Below, one piece after another: positions 1 through 9,944 of a stretch of 64,000 nt of DNA. The DNA comes from a virus. Lineage: Duplodnaviria; Caudoviricetes. Made by a program: the position numbers and the translations under genes. The first letter of the stretch is position 1, and each line of letters starts with the position of its first letter. The DNA lies in IMG/VR virus record IMGVR_UViG_3300032288_005833, positions 1,231-65,230 of that record. The stretch is one strand, 5' to 3'. The notes beneath the pieces are model-generated. The model did not search any database. It had not been told where the DNA came from and saw only the letters and a list, made by a program, of their open reading frames with translations.

Positions 1-259
1 TATTAAAGAGATGGTTAATATGGTTTGTCAAAAATTAGATATTGATATAGATTGGAAAGGTGGAGGTGAAAGAGAGATTGCAATTGATAAATCCACAGGA
101 AAGATCATTATAGGAATAGATCCCAAATATTATAGACCAGCCGAGGTAGAACTTTTACAAGGGGATGCTTCCAAAGCTAAAGCAATATTAGGATGGGAAC
201 CAAAACTATCTCTGTCAGAAATATTTGATGAGATGATAGAAGAATCACTAAAGGATTAG
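1..259 (+). CDS. gmd: GDP-mannose 4,6-dehydratase, C-terminal part (5'-truncated by window edge)
   Basis: IDPKYYRPAEVELLQGDASKAKAILGWEPK is the typical Gmd C-terminus; frame is open to the window start. Confidence 0.9.
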   Translation, partial: IKEMVNMVCQKLDIDIDWKGGGEREIAIDKSTGKIIIGIDPKYYRPAEVELLQGDASKAKAILGWEPKLSLSEIFDEMIEESLKD

Positions 260-489
260 TGATTAGTGTTTGATACGATTTCATTAGCTTTTAAAAGATC
301 ATCTACAGTTTTAACTGTGTATACTGTTTGACCCGGTACACCCCAGTCTTTTTGCTCGCCCCAATTAATAAATCCTTGATGTGTTATATGTTTTCCGGAG
401 TTATAAGAAAAATCGTGGTGCCCTTCATTTTCCGAGGATTTTTCAAACTCATTTCTTGAGGTAATGTTTTTATACCCGTATTTTTCCAT
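256..489 (-). CDS. hypothetical protein
   Basis: 77 aa ORF whose ATG overlaps the stop of 489..1049 (TAATG coupling). Confidence 0.55.
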   Translation of the reverse strand: MEKYGYKNITSRNEFEKSSENEGHHDFSYNSGKHITHQGFINWGEQKDWGVPGQTVYTVKTVDDLLKANEIVSNTNH

Positions 490-1049
490 TATTTCTTTTT
501 CTTTCTTAGATTAGCTTTTGCTTGCTTATAAAGTGCCTTATCTCCCATTTTAGAGGTCTTACCTCCAGTAACAAAAGAATTAACTCTTGCCATTGCCCAT
601 TGTTGGGGTGTAGTTCCTGGAATATGTCCTATCTTCCATGCTGCATATCCTCTTTTCCACACTTTTTTTAATATCCCTAGGGGAAATCTTGTTTTTTCTG
701 ATTTATTTTTAAGTGCTTTATTGACTGGACTTGACGGGGAATCTACCCCTTCATTAAGATCATCGTTCGCTGTCTCTAAAAAAACCTCATAAGCGGCAAT
801 TTCTACTGCTTCATTAAATTCTTCAAAATTTAAAATATCTAAACTTTCCCCGTACATTTTTTGATATTTTTTTGTGTATTGACTCTTTTTAGTATCAACA
901 GGTTTACCCTTTCCTGCTTTTTTTGATTTATAATCAGCATCCCAGGGTCCATATGCAGAGGAATCATTATCGGCTTTATTGCCGTGTTTTTTAATCTCTC
1001 GTTTCATCACATTTGGATTTTTAGTGAGGTATTTCTTAGGAATCTTCAT
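489..1049 (-). CDS. basic conserved viral protein (DUF5824-like)
   Basis: GILKKVWKRGYAAWKIGHIPGTTPQQWAMARVNSF resembles the DUF5824 family of large viruses; late-type motif just upstream. Confidence 0.65.
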   Translation of the reverse strand: MKIPKKYLTKNPNVMKREIKKHGNKADNDSSAYGPWDADYKSKKAGKGKPVDTKKSQYTKKYQKMYGESLDILNFEEFNEAVEIAAYEVFLETANDDLNEGVDSPSSPVNKALKNKSEKTRFPLGILKKVWKRGYAAWKIGHIPGTTPQQWAMARVNSFVTGGKTSKMGDKALYKQAKANLRKKKK

Positions 1050-1055
1050 ATTAAT

Positions 1056-1065
1056 CTATATATTC
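1056..1065 (-). promoter_or_regulatory. late-promoter-like motif GAATATATAG
   Basis: matches the recurrent intergenic motif; lies 6 nt before the ATG at 1049 on the minus strand. Confidence 0.5.
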
Positions 1066-1130
1066 CGAAATAAATATTTTTAATCTTCTATAATAATTTG
1101 GAAGAAAGAAAATAAAAGCCTTCACGGCCC

Positions 1131-1754
1131 ATGTTCAAAAAACTTAAGAAAATAATACAAATTATGACAGATAAGGATATTTCCGAATTAAAGGAAGAAT
1201 ATTCCAATTTTTCGTATCAGTGGATAAAAGGTGATAACCTTTCCCAAACCCAGCATTTTGAGGATCTAGTTGAAGACGGAGGAAGAAAATATATTGTCTT
1301 CTCCGATAAAACAAGAATATCATTAGATCTATTGGATGAATACATGATCAAGGTTGAAAAGGGATTTGAAGAGATAATTGCAACAGCTGAAGTTAATTTA
1401 TTACCACAATTAGATCAGTCTTCAAACAGGGGAGTAAAAAAGAGAGATGCTCAAGAGATTATGTCACAGATTAAAGAAGAAAATCCAATTTTTACTCTTT
1501 TGTCAAAACAGAAAGAAAACTGGGTGGATGTTGATTTAAAACTCAGTATTAACTTACCCCCAAGAAGTTTATGGGACGTTTTAATGAGTTCTTTTGATGA
1601 TGCAGAAAAGGATATTTTAGAATATGTTACCAAGGACCTTGATATAGAGGTAGTTAGACAATCCCTGAGGGAATCTATAAAGGATATATATAAAAAGCAA
1701 AAAACAATCATATCTCAAAAAAATGTCAGATCCCAAGATTCTATTCCAGAATAA
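1131..1754 (+). CDS. hypothetical protein
   Basis: 207 aa ORF, first of a run of co-oriented genes. Confidence 0.7.
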   Translation: MFKKLKKIIQIMTDKDISELKEEYSNFSYQWIKGDNLSQTQHFEDLVEDGGRKYIVFSDKTRISLDLLDEYMIKVEKGFEEIIATAEVNLLPQLDQSSNRGVKKRDAQEIMSQIKEENPIFTLLSKQKENWVDVDLKLSINLPPRSLWDVLMSSFDDAEKDILEYVTKDLDIEVVRQSLRESIKDIYKKQKTIISQKNVRSQDSIPE

Positions 1755-2241
1755 TTATATCCAGGTGATAGAAAACAAAGGAAGGGTTGGAATTAAACAA
1801 AAGAACCCATCGGTAATGATTCTTCCTTACACTATAGACGAAAACGGAAATCCTAAATCAATAGGACTCATTTCTGAGCCTTCTGATATAAGAGAGGAAA
1901 GAATGATTAAAACAATTATAACAGGATCACCAGAAAAATCTGATGTTGATATTCTAGCAACGGCAAAAAGAGAATTAACAGAAGAATCAGGATATATCGT
2001 TGATGACACTGAAAAATGGGATTTTTTGGGCAATATACAATCTTCTAAATTAGTAGTAAACGGTAATCCTGCATTCGGTGTTGATGTTACCGGTCTAGAA
2101 AGAGGTGATAAATCTGGTGATGGATCAGAAAGTGAAAAAAATAGTAAGTTTTCACTGGTTTCGTTAAACGATGCTTTAAACATAGACGATGCCTTAATAT
2201 CCTGTTTATTTTTAAAAATATTTCAAAACAAATTAATTTAA
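1723..2241 (+). CDS. Nudix hydrolase
   Basis: Nudix box GSPEKSDVDILATAKRELTEESGY. Confidence 0.85.
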   Translation: MSDPKILFQNNYIQVIENKGRVGIKQKNPSVMILPYTIDENGNPKSIGLISEPSDIREERMIKTIITGSPEKSDVDILATAKRELTEESGYIVDDTEKWDFLGNIQSSKLVVNGNPAFGVDVTGLERGDKSGDGSESEKNSKFSLVSLNDALNIDDALISCLFLKIFQNKLI

Positions 2242-2247
2242 CTTTAT

Positions 2248-2529
2248 ATGAATTTTCCTTCAAGAAGAGAAAGACGGGCAATGGTAAAATCAATGGGTCT
2301 AATGAAGAAAAAAGAAACCCTGGTTCAAATGTCGGAAAGATTTAAAAGATCTAGCGAGTTTGGGAAAATGATACATTTACAACACTTACAGAATTTAGAA
2401 AACAATAGAATTAATTCAGAAAAAATCGAAGACTTAGAAGAAACCCAGCCCTTGGCACCAACTAATTCTCCAGATTGGGGGTTAGAAGACTTCAAACAAC
2501 AAATTATAAGTGGAGAAAATCCAGAATAA
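2248..2529 (+). CDS. hypothetical protein
   Basis: 93 aa ORF with basic SRRERR N-terminus, operonic spacing. Confidence 0.65.
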   Translation: MNFPSRRERRAMVKSMGLMKKKETLVQMSERFKRSSEFGKMIHLQHLQNLENNRINSEKIEDLEETQPLAPTNSPDWGLEDFKQQIISGENPE

Positions 2530-2848
2530 GAAACCCCCAGTAAAAATACATCTTACTTCTCTTAGCTACCGTGAAATTAAAAAGTCACTGCCAGATAACG
2601 AGAAAGTGTCCTATATAGATGTAACTAAGATCATCTCTGAAAGCTTCGGCGATAAAGATCTTAGCGATATTCAATATTGGATATTAAACCAAATGATAGT
2701 TAAGAAAATAGAGTCTTTTAAGACCACTAATCCTTCAAAAATCTTTATAACTATCAAAGAACCCTCCAAAAATTCAATTAAATCCTTTAAGGACCTTCTC
2801 CTGGAGTTTAAACTAGGCCCTGCCCAAATAGAGATATACAGCATTTAA
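2510..2848 (+). CDS. hypothetical protein
   Basis: 112 aa ORF overlapping the previous stop. Confidence 0.6.
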   Translation: MEKIQNKKPPVKIHLTSLSYREIKKSLPDNEKVSYIDVTKIISESFGDKDLSDIQYWILNQMIVKKIESFKTTNPSKIFITIKEPSKNSIKSFKDLLLEFKLGPAQIEIYSI

Positions 2849-2869
2849 TTTAAGAGTATCCCATTTTAG

Positions 2870-2879
2870 GAATATATAA
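2870..2879 (+). promoter_or_regulatory. late-promoter-like motif GAATATATAA
   Basis: recurrent motif at the head of the structural operon (GTG start at 2901). Confidence 0.6.
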
Positions 2880-2900
2880 CTTAAATAATAATTATAAGCT

Positions 2901-4766
2901 GTGTCAATAAGGGATAACGTATTAAACCTCAGAAGCGAAGCACTTACAAGGGCCACATCAATAACTAAGATTGTTTCAACTACTAGTGGATTCAAAGACG
3001 ATCTTGTTGATAGATCAGAGGTTGTTAAGAAGAACATTTATAGCTTTAATTCCGATAAAGAATATGGTGTTTTTGAAAACCAAAGTGATGCTGTTACTAG
3101 ATTACCATCTTCACTATTTTACGAAGCTCAATCCTCGGAAGATGGCAGATTAGGCTTATTTAATTATCATGTTATAGGAGATTTAAAATCTGGTGAAGGC
3201 GGAGGGGGAAAAATGAGCTATATTAAGTCTGAGACTTATGCTAATAACCAAAGAGTAACACCAGAAGTAAGTAGAAATCCAACTGCTCAAGCTATAATTA
3301 AAACAACCACATCCAGTGGGGCATATCTAAAGCCTAACAGCCCGTATGTTTCCCAGCCTTATAACGTCAAAGACTTCATTTTTTGTAAGCACTACGGTGT
3401 TATTCCTAATAATAGAATGATAACACTAAGAAGATTTCCTACACCCGTTATGGACAATTTAAGAGTGCCTACTAATGCTCCTAGAATTGAACCATCACAG
3501 CAAGGTGATGAAATAAAAGGAAATTTTGTTAATAATGACGGGCTTACCAGTGAACAGATGATAAAAGACGGTGCAGCTCTTCCTATTGCTCAGGCTATTA
3601 CCTATTTTGGAGGTGACACTGGAAATACCTTAGATTCTATATTAAATGTTGAAACCGGATTGAAATGGGAGCCAAAGGGACAAAAAACCAAAATGTCAGC
3701 TGAGGGTAACGATAAAGGATTCCTGGGAAGTACTTATGGCAAATATCTTGAAGCAATAGTAGGTGCTGATGCTTTTAAGGGTCTTGATAAAATAAGTAAC
3801 GGGGTTGGTGTAATAACAGATCCCGATAATAACGAACTTAAAATAAGAAGAACACTTTTAGAAAAACTAACAACCGGGGATGGACCTTTAAGTCAAAGAA
3901 TTTTTGTTGATGTTAACACGGTTAATAGCATGTATGTAAGAGGCGTAGGATTTACAGGAGGGGAACAAACCTTTAGCTTAAAATTCACATACAGTTTAAC
4001 TAGTGTTGGAGAGATAAACAGTAGAATGATGTTTATAGATCTCTTTGCTAATTTATTAGCAATAGGAAGTGATTATGGTAAATTTTTAGCTCCGCAGCTT
4101 TTAGTTAATTCAAATAGACAAGGAATAGGATTTCCCGGAGGATCAAAAGGATATGTTAAACATTTAACAAATCCTGTTGAGTTTTTAAATGATATGATGA
4201 AGCTTAAATTCGGAGAGGAAGTAAAGAAAAAAATAAAAGGATTAGAAGGAACACTATCGAAAGCTCAGACTGAGCTTTCTGGGTTAAGTAACGGAAAACC
4301 CCTTTCTAAAAACGGGCAACTTTATAAAACCCTTACTGTCATGCTAACCAGCGATATGCTTAATAATTTATATTATGAACCTATTATGCTTTCTGGATAC
4401 CCAACTGGGGAATGGCATGTTGTTGTAGGAAATCCATTAAATCCTATAGCAATGATGGGAAATCTAATTTGTGAGAAGGTTAAGATTAACTTCAATAACA
4501 CATTAGGTCCTGATGATTTTCCAACTGAAATGACGGCAGTATTTTCAATGAGAGCAGCAAGAACCAAACACAGGGGTGACTTTGAAAGTATGTTTAATAG
4601 AGGTAATGGTAGACTTTATCTCGGTAAGTTTCCAATCTCTGATGCATCTAAGAATGCTCAGGTTGGTGCATCAACTGGTTTTGACACCCAAGGGCCTCTT
4701 GGTAAAGATGTAAGAGACACTGCTCAAGGAATTGCTGGAAATTTTGGAACTCAATTAGGAATATAA
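2901..4766 (+). CDS. putative baseplate/tail-tube-associated structural protein
   Basis: 621 aa; first gene of the baseplate block; C-terminal GEWHVVVGNPLNPIAMMGNLIC...GPDDFPTE segment is tube-initiator-like (inference). Confidence 0.5.
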   Translation: MSIRDNVLNLRSEALTRATSITKIVSTTSGFKDDLVDRSEVVKKNIYSFNSDKEYGVFENQSDAVTRLPSSLFYEAQSSEDGRLGLFNYHVIGDLKSGEGGGGKMSYIKSETYANNQRVTPEVSRNPTAQAIIKTTTSSGAYLKPNSPYVSQPYNVKDFIFCKHYGVIPNNRMITLRRFPTPVMDNLRVPTNAPRIEPSQQGDEIKGNFVNNDGLTSEQMIKDGAALPIAQAITYFGGDTGNTLDSILNVETGLKWEPKGQKTKMSAEGNDKGFLGSTYGKYLEAIVGADAFKGLDKISNGVGVITDPDNNELKIRRTLLEKLTTGDGPLSQRIFVDVNTVNSMYVRGVGFTGGEQTFSLKFTYSLTSVGEINSRMMFIDLFANLLAIGSDYGKFLAPQLLVNSNRQGIGFPGGSKGYVKHLTNPVEFLNDMMKLKFGEEVKKKIKGLEGTLSKAQTELSGLSNGKPLSKNGQLYKTLTVMLTSDMLNNLYYEPIMLSGYPTGEWHVVVGNPLNPIAMMGNLICEKVKINFNNTLGPDDFPTEMTAVFSMRAARTKHRGDFESMFNRGNGRLYLGKFPISDASKNAQVGASTGFDTQGPLGKDVRDTAQGIAGNFGTQLGI

Positions 4767-4775
4767 AAATAGAAG

Positions 4776-5411
4776 ATGATTGATATAGATGTTATAGAAA
4801 ACAAACCAGAGGTTATTATCAACGGTCAGACTATTATGGATATAACTGCTAGATCGGTGGATCCTGACGTTATCCCGGGATTTTCTAAATTTATTTTTAC
4901 GAGTGAAGAAATGGTAATGAGAGCTGATCTTGCTGCTCATATGCTTTGTGGTAGTCATAATAGAATAGGAACCTTATTAAAATTAAATTCTATAGGTAAT
5001 CCATTTTCCCTTAATGTCAATGAATTTTTATTCATACCAGATACGGAAACCATTAATAAACTAAGTAAAAGACCACAAGGAGAAGAGCCTCAGGATATTA
5101 GAAAATCCTTTAGAAAACAGTTACAGGATAGAATATCTAAAATATCTGAGACGAGAAAAGAATATTTAAATGCTGTTAGCATAAGTGAGGCTGCTTCATC
5201 ATCAGGATCAACCCTATCAGGTTCATCCTCTACCACACAAAATCCTCTTCCTCCTAATGTTACCCAAGAAGGGTCTGAGCAATTCAGGATTGAAGATGGT
5301 AAGTTAATATTTGGATCTGATATAGGTGTATGTAGAACAAGAATTCAACAGAATAAATCATTAGCAACAATTAAATCAAGATTTGCTCAGAGACAAATTT
5401 TTGAATCATGA
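4776..5411 (+). CDS. baseplate wedge subunit, T4 gp53/LysM-like
   Basis: MRADLAAHMLCGS...LLKLNSIGNPFSLNVNEFLFIP fits the LysM-like gp53 pattern; position in the block. Confidence 0.65.
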   Translation: MIDIDVIENKPEVIINGQTIMDITARSVDPDVIPGFSKFIFTSEEMVMRADLAAHMLCGSHNRIGTLLKLNSIGNPFSLNVNEFLFIPDTETINKLSKRPQGEEPQDIRKSFRKQLQDRISKISETRKEYLNAVSISEAASSSGSTLSGSSSTTQNPLPPNVTQEGSEQFRIEDGKLIFGSDIGVCRTRIQQNKSLATIKSRFAQRQIFES

Positions 5412-6931
5412 TAGACAGTAAAAAAACAATTCTTCAGCTAGATAAAGAAACTATAGTTCTTGATGAACTTTCTATTATAGATGAGATTAATCATAAGGAT
5501 AAAAAGAAAGTAGAAAGAATAGGAAGTAAAACCGAAACTGAAACTGGATTTGGCATTCCTATGATTATGATTAATAATTATCTTGTTAGGGATCTTAGTT
5601 TTTTTCGTTTGGATCTAACAGATAAAATACCTCAATTAATATTCAGATTTACTCCTCAGGATGAATCCTTCTTATACACTTCTTATCCAAAGGACGGAGA
5701 TTTAGTTTCCTTGTATATCAGATCTACCTCTGAACTTTATAAACCTATTAGAATTGATCTATTAGTTACTGAGGTTTTAAGTCAGTTTACCATGATGGAA
5801 GAAAAACACATGGGTGAAGAAAACAGGGCAAATGGAAAAAACGCTTCTTTTACTATTAAATCCCAGATGAGAATTCCTGGAATATTTCAACACGTATCTA
5901 AATCTTTTAATGATAAAACAGCATTTGAGGTACTAAGACAAATTTCAAAAGATCTTGGTCTAGGTTTTGCTTCCAACGAAAAAAACACGGACGATAAAAT
6001 GAACTGGCTTTGTCCCTCTAAAACTCTTTATAAATTTATAAACGATGTCTGTGAATCATCATGGAAGGGAGAAGAAGATTTTTTTGATTGGTGGATTGAT
6101 CAATATTATGTTTTAAATTTTGTTAATTTAAAAAAGCAATTACTTGAGAAGAGTAAAGATGAAACGAGGGTTCTTCAGGCAATAGGTACAGAGAATGATC
6201 TTTCGGGGGGATTAGACGGAAACGTTAAACCTGCTGAGGTAAAATTACCTCTATTTTTTACTAATGATTATTTCTATAAAAAGTATCCATTTTTCATAAA
6301 TGCATACTCTGTTAAAAATTCATCGGGATTTATAGCAAACAATTTTGGATATTCTAGGGATCTGCAATTTTATGATACTAAACTAGTTAGTGACAAGCCT
6401 CTTAATAAATTTGTAAAATATAAAGTAGAATATGTCACACAAAAAAATCTAGATTATAGTAGTATATTATTTAAAGGTAGGGCAAACGAGGATGTTTATA
6501 AAAAGGAGACTAAAAAAACTTGGGTAGGAACACAGTATGGTGAAAATCAGCACAAAAATTTTCAACAAGCATTAATTCAGAACAAATTAAATAAGTATGA
6601 AAACTTTAAGGTCTATTTGGAAGCTCAGATGCATTCATTTGTTCCTTGGGTTTATAGGGGTCAAACAGTTCCGACAAGAATAGTTCATGCGGAAGCAACT
6701 CAGGCTAGAGTAAACTCGCAGGAGAGCAGCAAACAACCCCCGATAGACAACGAGCAACACGAAATAGGAAAAAAGGTAGACAATAAGTTTTTAAGTGGTG
6801 TTTATATGATCATGGGATCTTATGTTGAGTATATAGATGGTAAAATAAAGCAATCATTCCTGCTTGGTAAAAGAGAATGGTTAATTAATGATGGTAGAGG
6901 ATCTGATCCTGAGCCAGCAGTAACTAGATAG
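5408..6931 (+). CDS. putative baseplate hub protein (gp27-like)
   Basis: 507 aa between gp53-like and gp5-like genes; C-terminal KFLSGVYMIMG typical of hub proteins. Confidence 0.5.
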   Translation: MIDSKKTILQLDKETIVLDELSIIDEINHKDKKKVERIGSKTETETGFGIPMIMINNYLVRDLSFFRLDLTDKIPQLIFRFTPQDESFLYTSYPKDGDLVSLYIRSTSELYKPIRIDLLVTEVLSQFTMMEEKHMGEENRANGKNASFTIKSQMRIPGIFQHVSKSFNDKTAFEVLRQISKDLGLGFASNEKNTDDKMNWLCPSKTLYKFINDVCESSWKGEEDFFDWWIDQYYVLNFVNLKKQLLEKSKDETRVLQAIGTENDLSGGLDGNVKPAEVKLPLFFTNDYFYKKYPFFINAYSVKNSSGFIANNFGYSRDLQFYDTKLVSDKPLNKFVKYKVEYVTQKNLDYSSILFKGRANEDVYKKETKKTWVGTQYGENQHKNFQQALIQNKLNKYENFKVYLEAQMHSFVPWVYRGQTVPTRIVHAEATQARVNSQESSKQPPIDNEQHEIGKKVDNKFLSGVYMIMGSYVEYIDGKIKQSFLLGKREWLINDGRGSDPEPAVTR

Positions 6932-6933
6932 AA

Positions 6934-9126
6934 ATGGCAAATTTTTTAAATGAGATTAAGGATAATTTTAGCAGCATAACTGATAAAAATCAGATATTGA
7001 ATGCAGGTGTGGATAAACAAAGAACTGCTTTTTTAAAGGGACTAAAATCTACGTCATCTGGACAAAAAGAGGATCCTACCTACACCGGTTTTAGAATTAT
7101 GTTTGATTTTGGATATGGCGGTCTAGTTGATCCCTCAACATTTCTTCCGATTAGTCCTTTACTTTCTAAAGGAAAATTCAATGACGGAAAAACAATGAAA
7201 AATGACGGTGCTACCGATTTCTTCCATCTTTCCAGACAGAAAATGAATATAGGGGAATATCCTAACTACACCGAAGCTATGCATTATATGACTGCTGAGG
7301 GATTTTTAAGAGAAAGAAGAAGTGCTAGTGAAAATGGAGAATATGGGGGGAGTGTAGACAATACAGGAAGAGTAATAACAGGAGGAGATTCTGACAGATT
7401 TCAATCTGGCATTTCCCACAGAGCTGCTGCATTATCATCTTTTAGAAATTTACTTACCAGTATAAATGAAAAAAGCCCTTGGTTTATTCAATCCATTGGA
7501 GGATTAGATAAAGTTTTAGGAGTAGATCAGCAAAGACAAATAGAGAGTTCTAAAGGAAGAGAACAAAGATCTGGAGTTTTAACTTTTGAATGTATGGATT
7601 CTATAGATCTTAGAATCAATGCAATGGCGGAGCTTTACAGAAAGGCGACATATGATTATCAATATCATAGACAGCTATTACCTGACAATCTTCGTAAGTT
7701 CAGAATGTATATCATTGTTACAGAAATCAGACAAATAGATCTTCAAAAGAATCTTGCTGACGTACTTAATCCGTTTAATTTTCCTGGTGTTAGAAACGCT
7801 GTTGATTCTATTAGGGATATAGCTCAATCTGCTGGTATATTAAAAACAACTTCTCCTGAATCTAAAAATCCAAAAACGGATTTAGAATCATTTGTAAAGT
7901 CGTTTGAAAGAATGGAACCTTACATCTTAATCTATCAATTAGATCTATGTGAGTTTAATTTCGATCAATCTTATCCATTTACAACTCTTAATAATTCGGT
8001 TGGTCCAGGAGCAGCCGCTGTTAAAAACATGTTCAAGATTCATGTGGGAGCAGCGAAAGAATATAAGCTTCAATATAACATTCTTTCAGATCTTATAAAG
8101 AACGAATCTACTTTTTCCCCTATATTAATTCAGGATAGCTGGAATTTAGTAGGATCACATATGCTACAATCCGGGGGCGGAATAAATAATAATTTAAATG
8201 TATTTAAAAAACTAGCAAGTAATTTTATAACAAACTCTGTTGCTTCTGTTGTTCAACAACAAGTATCACCAATAGTTACAAAACAATTACTAGGAAATGC
8301 CTATGGATTTAGATTAAGTGATGCTATTAGATCTTTGAATTCGGTGCAAGACCTTGTTAGCGGTATAAAAGAGGTTAAGGATCCGTTTGGTGATTACAGG
8401 CCTCAGTCAAGAGGACTTGGCGGACCTAATGAAAGGCAATATCCAACTGTAAAAGAGGATGTTTATCCTAACAATAATCCGAATAATGCAATAGGGTCTG
8501 CACAGGGAAATGTCTTTCCTAAAACCCCAACGACTAATATTTCTGGTTCTGCGATTTCTGATGATGTTTATTTAAACAGTCCTGGAAAAGATTTAGGATT
8601 GCCTGCTAGATCTTATCCTGTTATAAAGGACGATGAGTATAGACGTGTTGGAGGAGATACTGATAACACGGAACTTGGTGTTCCTGATAGAGTTTATCCT
8701 GCTATAAAAGAGGACATCTACTCTAAAACCCCCGGTGAAGATTTGGGATTACCTAGAAGAATCTATAATACAATAAAGGATGATCTATATTCTCAAACCC
8801 CTGGAAAAGATCTTGGGGTTCCTGATAGAAAATATGCATCAATTAAAGAGGATGTTTATAGAAATAGCGATATCAAATACCCTGATATAAAAGAAAAAGT
8901 TTATACACCAGATCAAAGAATAGATTCTGAATTAAAGGATGATGTTTATCCAAATTCTGAAGTTGAATACGGATCTATTAAAGAAACTGTATATACTAAG
9001 GATCAGCCAAATACCGAAAACCTTTCCAATCAAGACATCTATAATGAAAGCCCAGGGAAAGACCTTGGACTACCAAAAAGGTTATATCCTGAGATTAAAG
9101 AGAATGCCTATAAAAAGGGATCTTAA
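6934..9126 (+). CDS. structural protein with tail-tube-like core and C-terminal tandem repeats
   Basis: WFIQSIGGL...LTFECMDSIDLRI...YRKATYD core; ~23 aa repeats in the last third. Confidence 0.5.
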   Translation: MANFLNEIKDNFSSITDKNQILNAGVDKQRTAFLKGLKSTSSGQKEDPTYTGFRIMFDFGYGGLVDPSTFLPISPLLSKGKFNDGKTMKNDGATDFFHLSRQKMNIGEYPNYTEAMHYMTAEGFLRERRSASENGEYGGSVDNTGRVITGGDSDRFQSGISHRAAALSSFRNLLTSINEKSPWFIQSIGGLDKVLGVDQQRQIESSKGREQRSGVLTFECMDSIDLRINAMAELYRKATYDYQYHRQLLPDNLRKFRMYIIVTEIRQIDLQKNLADVLNPFNFPGVRNAVDSIRDIAQSAGILKTTSPESKNPKTDLESFVKSFERMEPYILIYQLDLCEFNFDQSYPFTTLNNSVGPGAAAVKNMFKIHVGAAKEYKLQYNILSDLIKNESTFSPILIQDSWNLVGSHMLQSGGGINNNLNVFKKLASNFITNSVASVVQQQVSPIVTKQLLGNAYGFRLSDAIRSLNSVQDLVSGIKEVKDPFGDYRPQSRGLGGPNERQYPTVKEDVYPNNNPNNAIGSAQGNVFPKTPTTNISGSAISDDVYLNSPGKDLGLPARSYPVIKDDEYRRVGGDTDNTELGVPDRVYPAIKEDIYSKTPGEDLGLPRRIYNTIKDDLYSQTPGKDLGVPDRKYASIKEDVYRNSDIKYPDIKEKVYTPDQRIDSELKDDVYPNSEVEYGSIKETVYTKDQPNTENLSNQDIYNESPGKDLGLPKRLYPEIKENAYKKGS
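8407..9110 (+). repeat. degenerate ~23-codon repeats (PGKDLG[LV]PxRxYPxIK[ED]D[VIL]Y)
   Basis: about six full units and several half units visible in the translation. Confidence 0.85.
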
Positions 9127-9159
9127 AAACAAGGATAGATAAGAGAAAATCCTGTTTGT

Positions 9160-9939
9160 ATGTCTTCACAAAATTTACAAGAATCTAATATAGAAAGATC
9201 CCAACACTTCTTGGGTGTTGTTGTGGATAACAAAGATCCGGAATTTAAAGCAAGGTGTAAAGTTAGGGTTTTTGGGGTTTTTGATGATGTCAAAGACGAA
9301 GATTTACCTTGGGCATTTCAAAGATTTGATATTTCATTTGGGGATAACGGAGGATCAGGAAGGGTTAGTATACCGAAGCTTGGGTGTATAGTTCATGTGC
9401 AATTTAATAATGGAAATTATTATTCACCAGAATACAAAGCAGTACAAGAACTTTCTAAAGATTTAATTGAAGAGATAAGTGCATCATACGAAGGTGCACA
9501 TTCTTTAATATATGATGGAATAGAAAAACTAAAAATATATTACACAGTTGCTAAAGGCTTAGTTATAGATTTAAAAGAATCAACTGTTGTTATTTCAAAT
9601 GATAATTCTATAACGATAACACATGCAGGTCAAACATCAACCTTAGAGTTTAGAGGAGGAAAAATAACAGAATTTGCTAATTCTGAGATTGAAAGTACAG
9701 CTACAACTAGAATTAAACAAAGTAGTAATGAAGTGTGGGTAGATGGAAAAACAACAAAACTTGGACATGCTCCTGTATACTCTGCAATTCTTGCTGAGCC
9801 TTTATGGATGTTTTTAAAACAACTTGCAGCTGCGGTAGATGCTAAACTTCCATCAACCCCAGGAACAATGACAAGCCTAGCTGAAAGCTATGAACAACTT
9901 TCGACATCAGATGTTGTTAAAGTAACAAAGTCTAATTAA
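9160..9939 (+). CDS. baseplate central spike, gp5-like (OB-fold, no lysozyme domain)
   Basis: FLGVVVDNKDPEFKARCKVRVFG...LPWA...IPKLGCIVHVQFNNGN. Confidence 0.85.
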   Translation: MSSQNLQESNIERSQHFLGVVVDNKDPEFKARCKVRVFGVFDDVKDEDLPWAFQRFDISFGDNGGSGRVSIPKLGCIVHVQFNNGNYYSPEYKAVQELSKDLIEEISASYEGAHSLIYDGIEKLKIYYTVAKGLVIDLKESTVVISNDNSITITHAGQTSTLEFRGGKITEFANSEIESTATTRIKQSSNEVWVDGKTTKLGHAPVYSAILAEPLWMFLKQLAAAVDAKLPSTPGTMTSLAESYEQLSTSDVVKVTKSN

Positions 9940-9944
9940 GGTAA

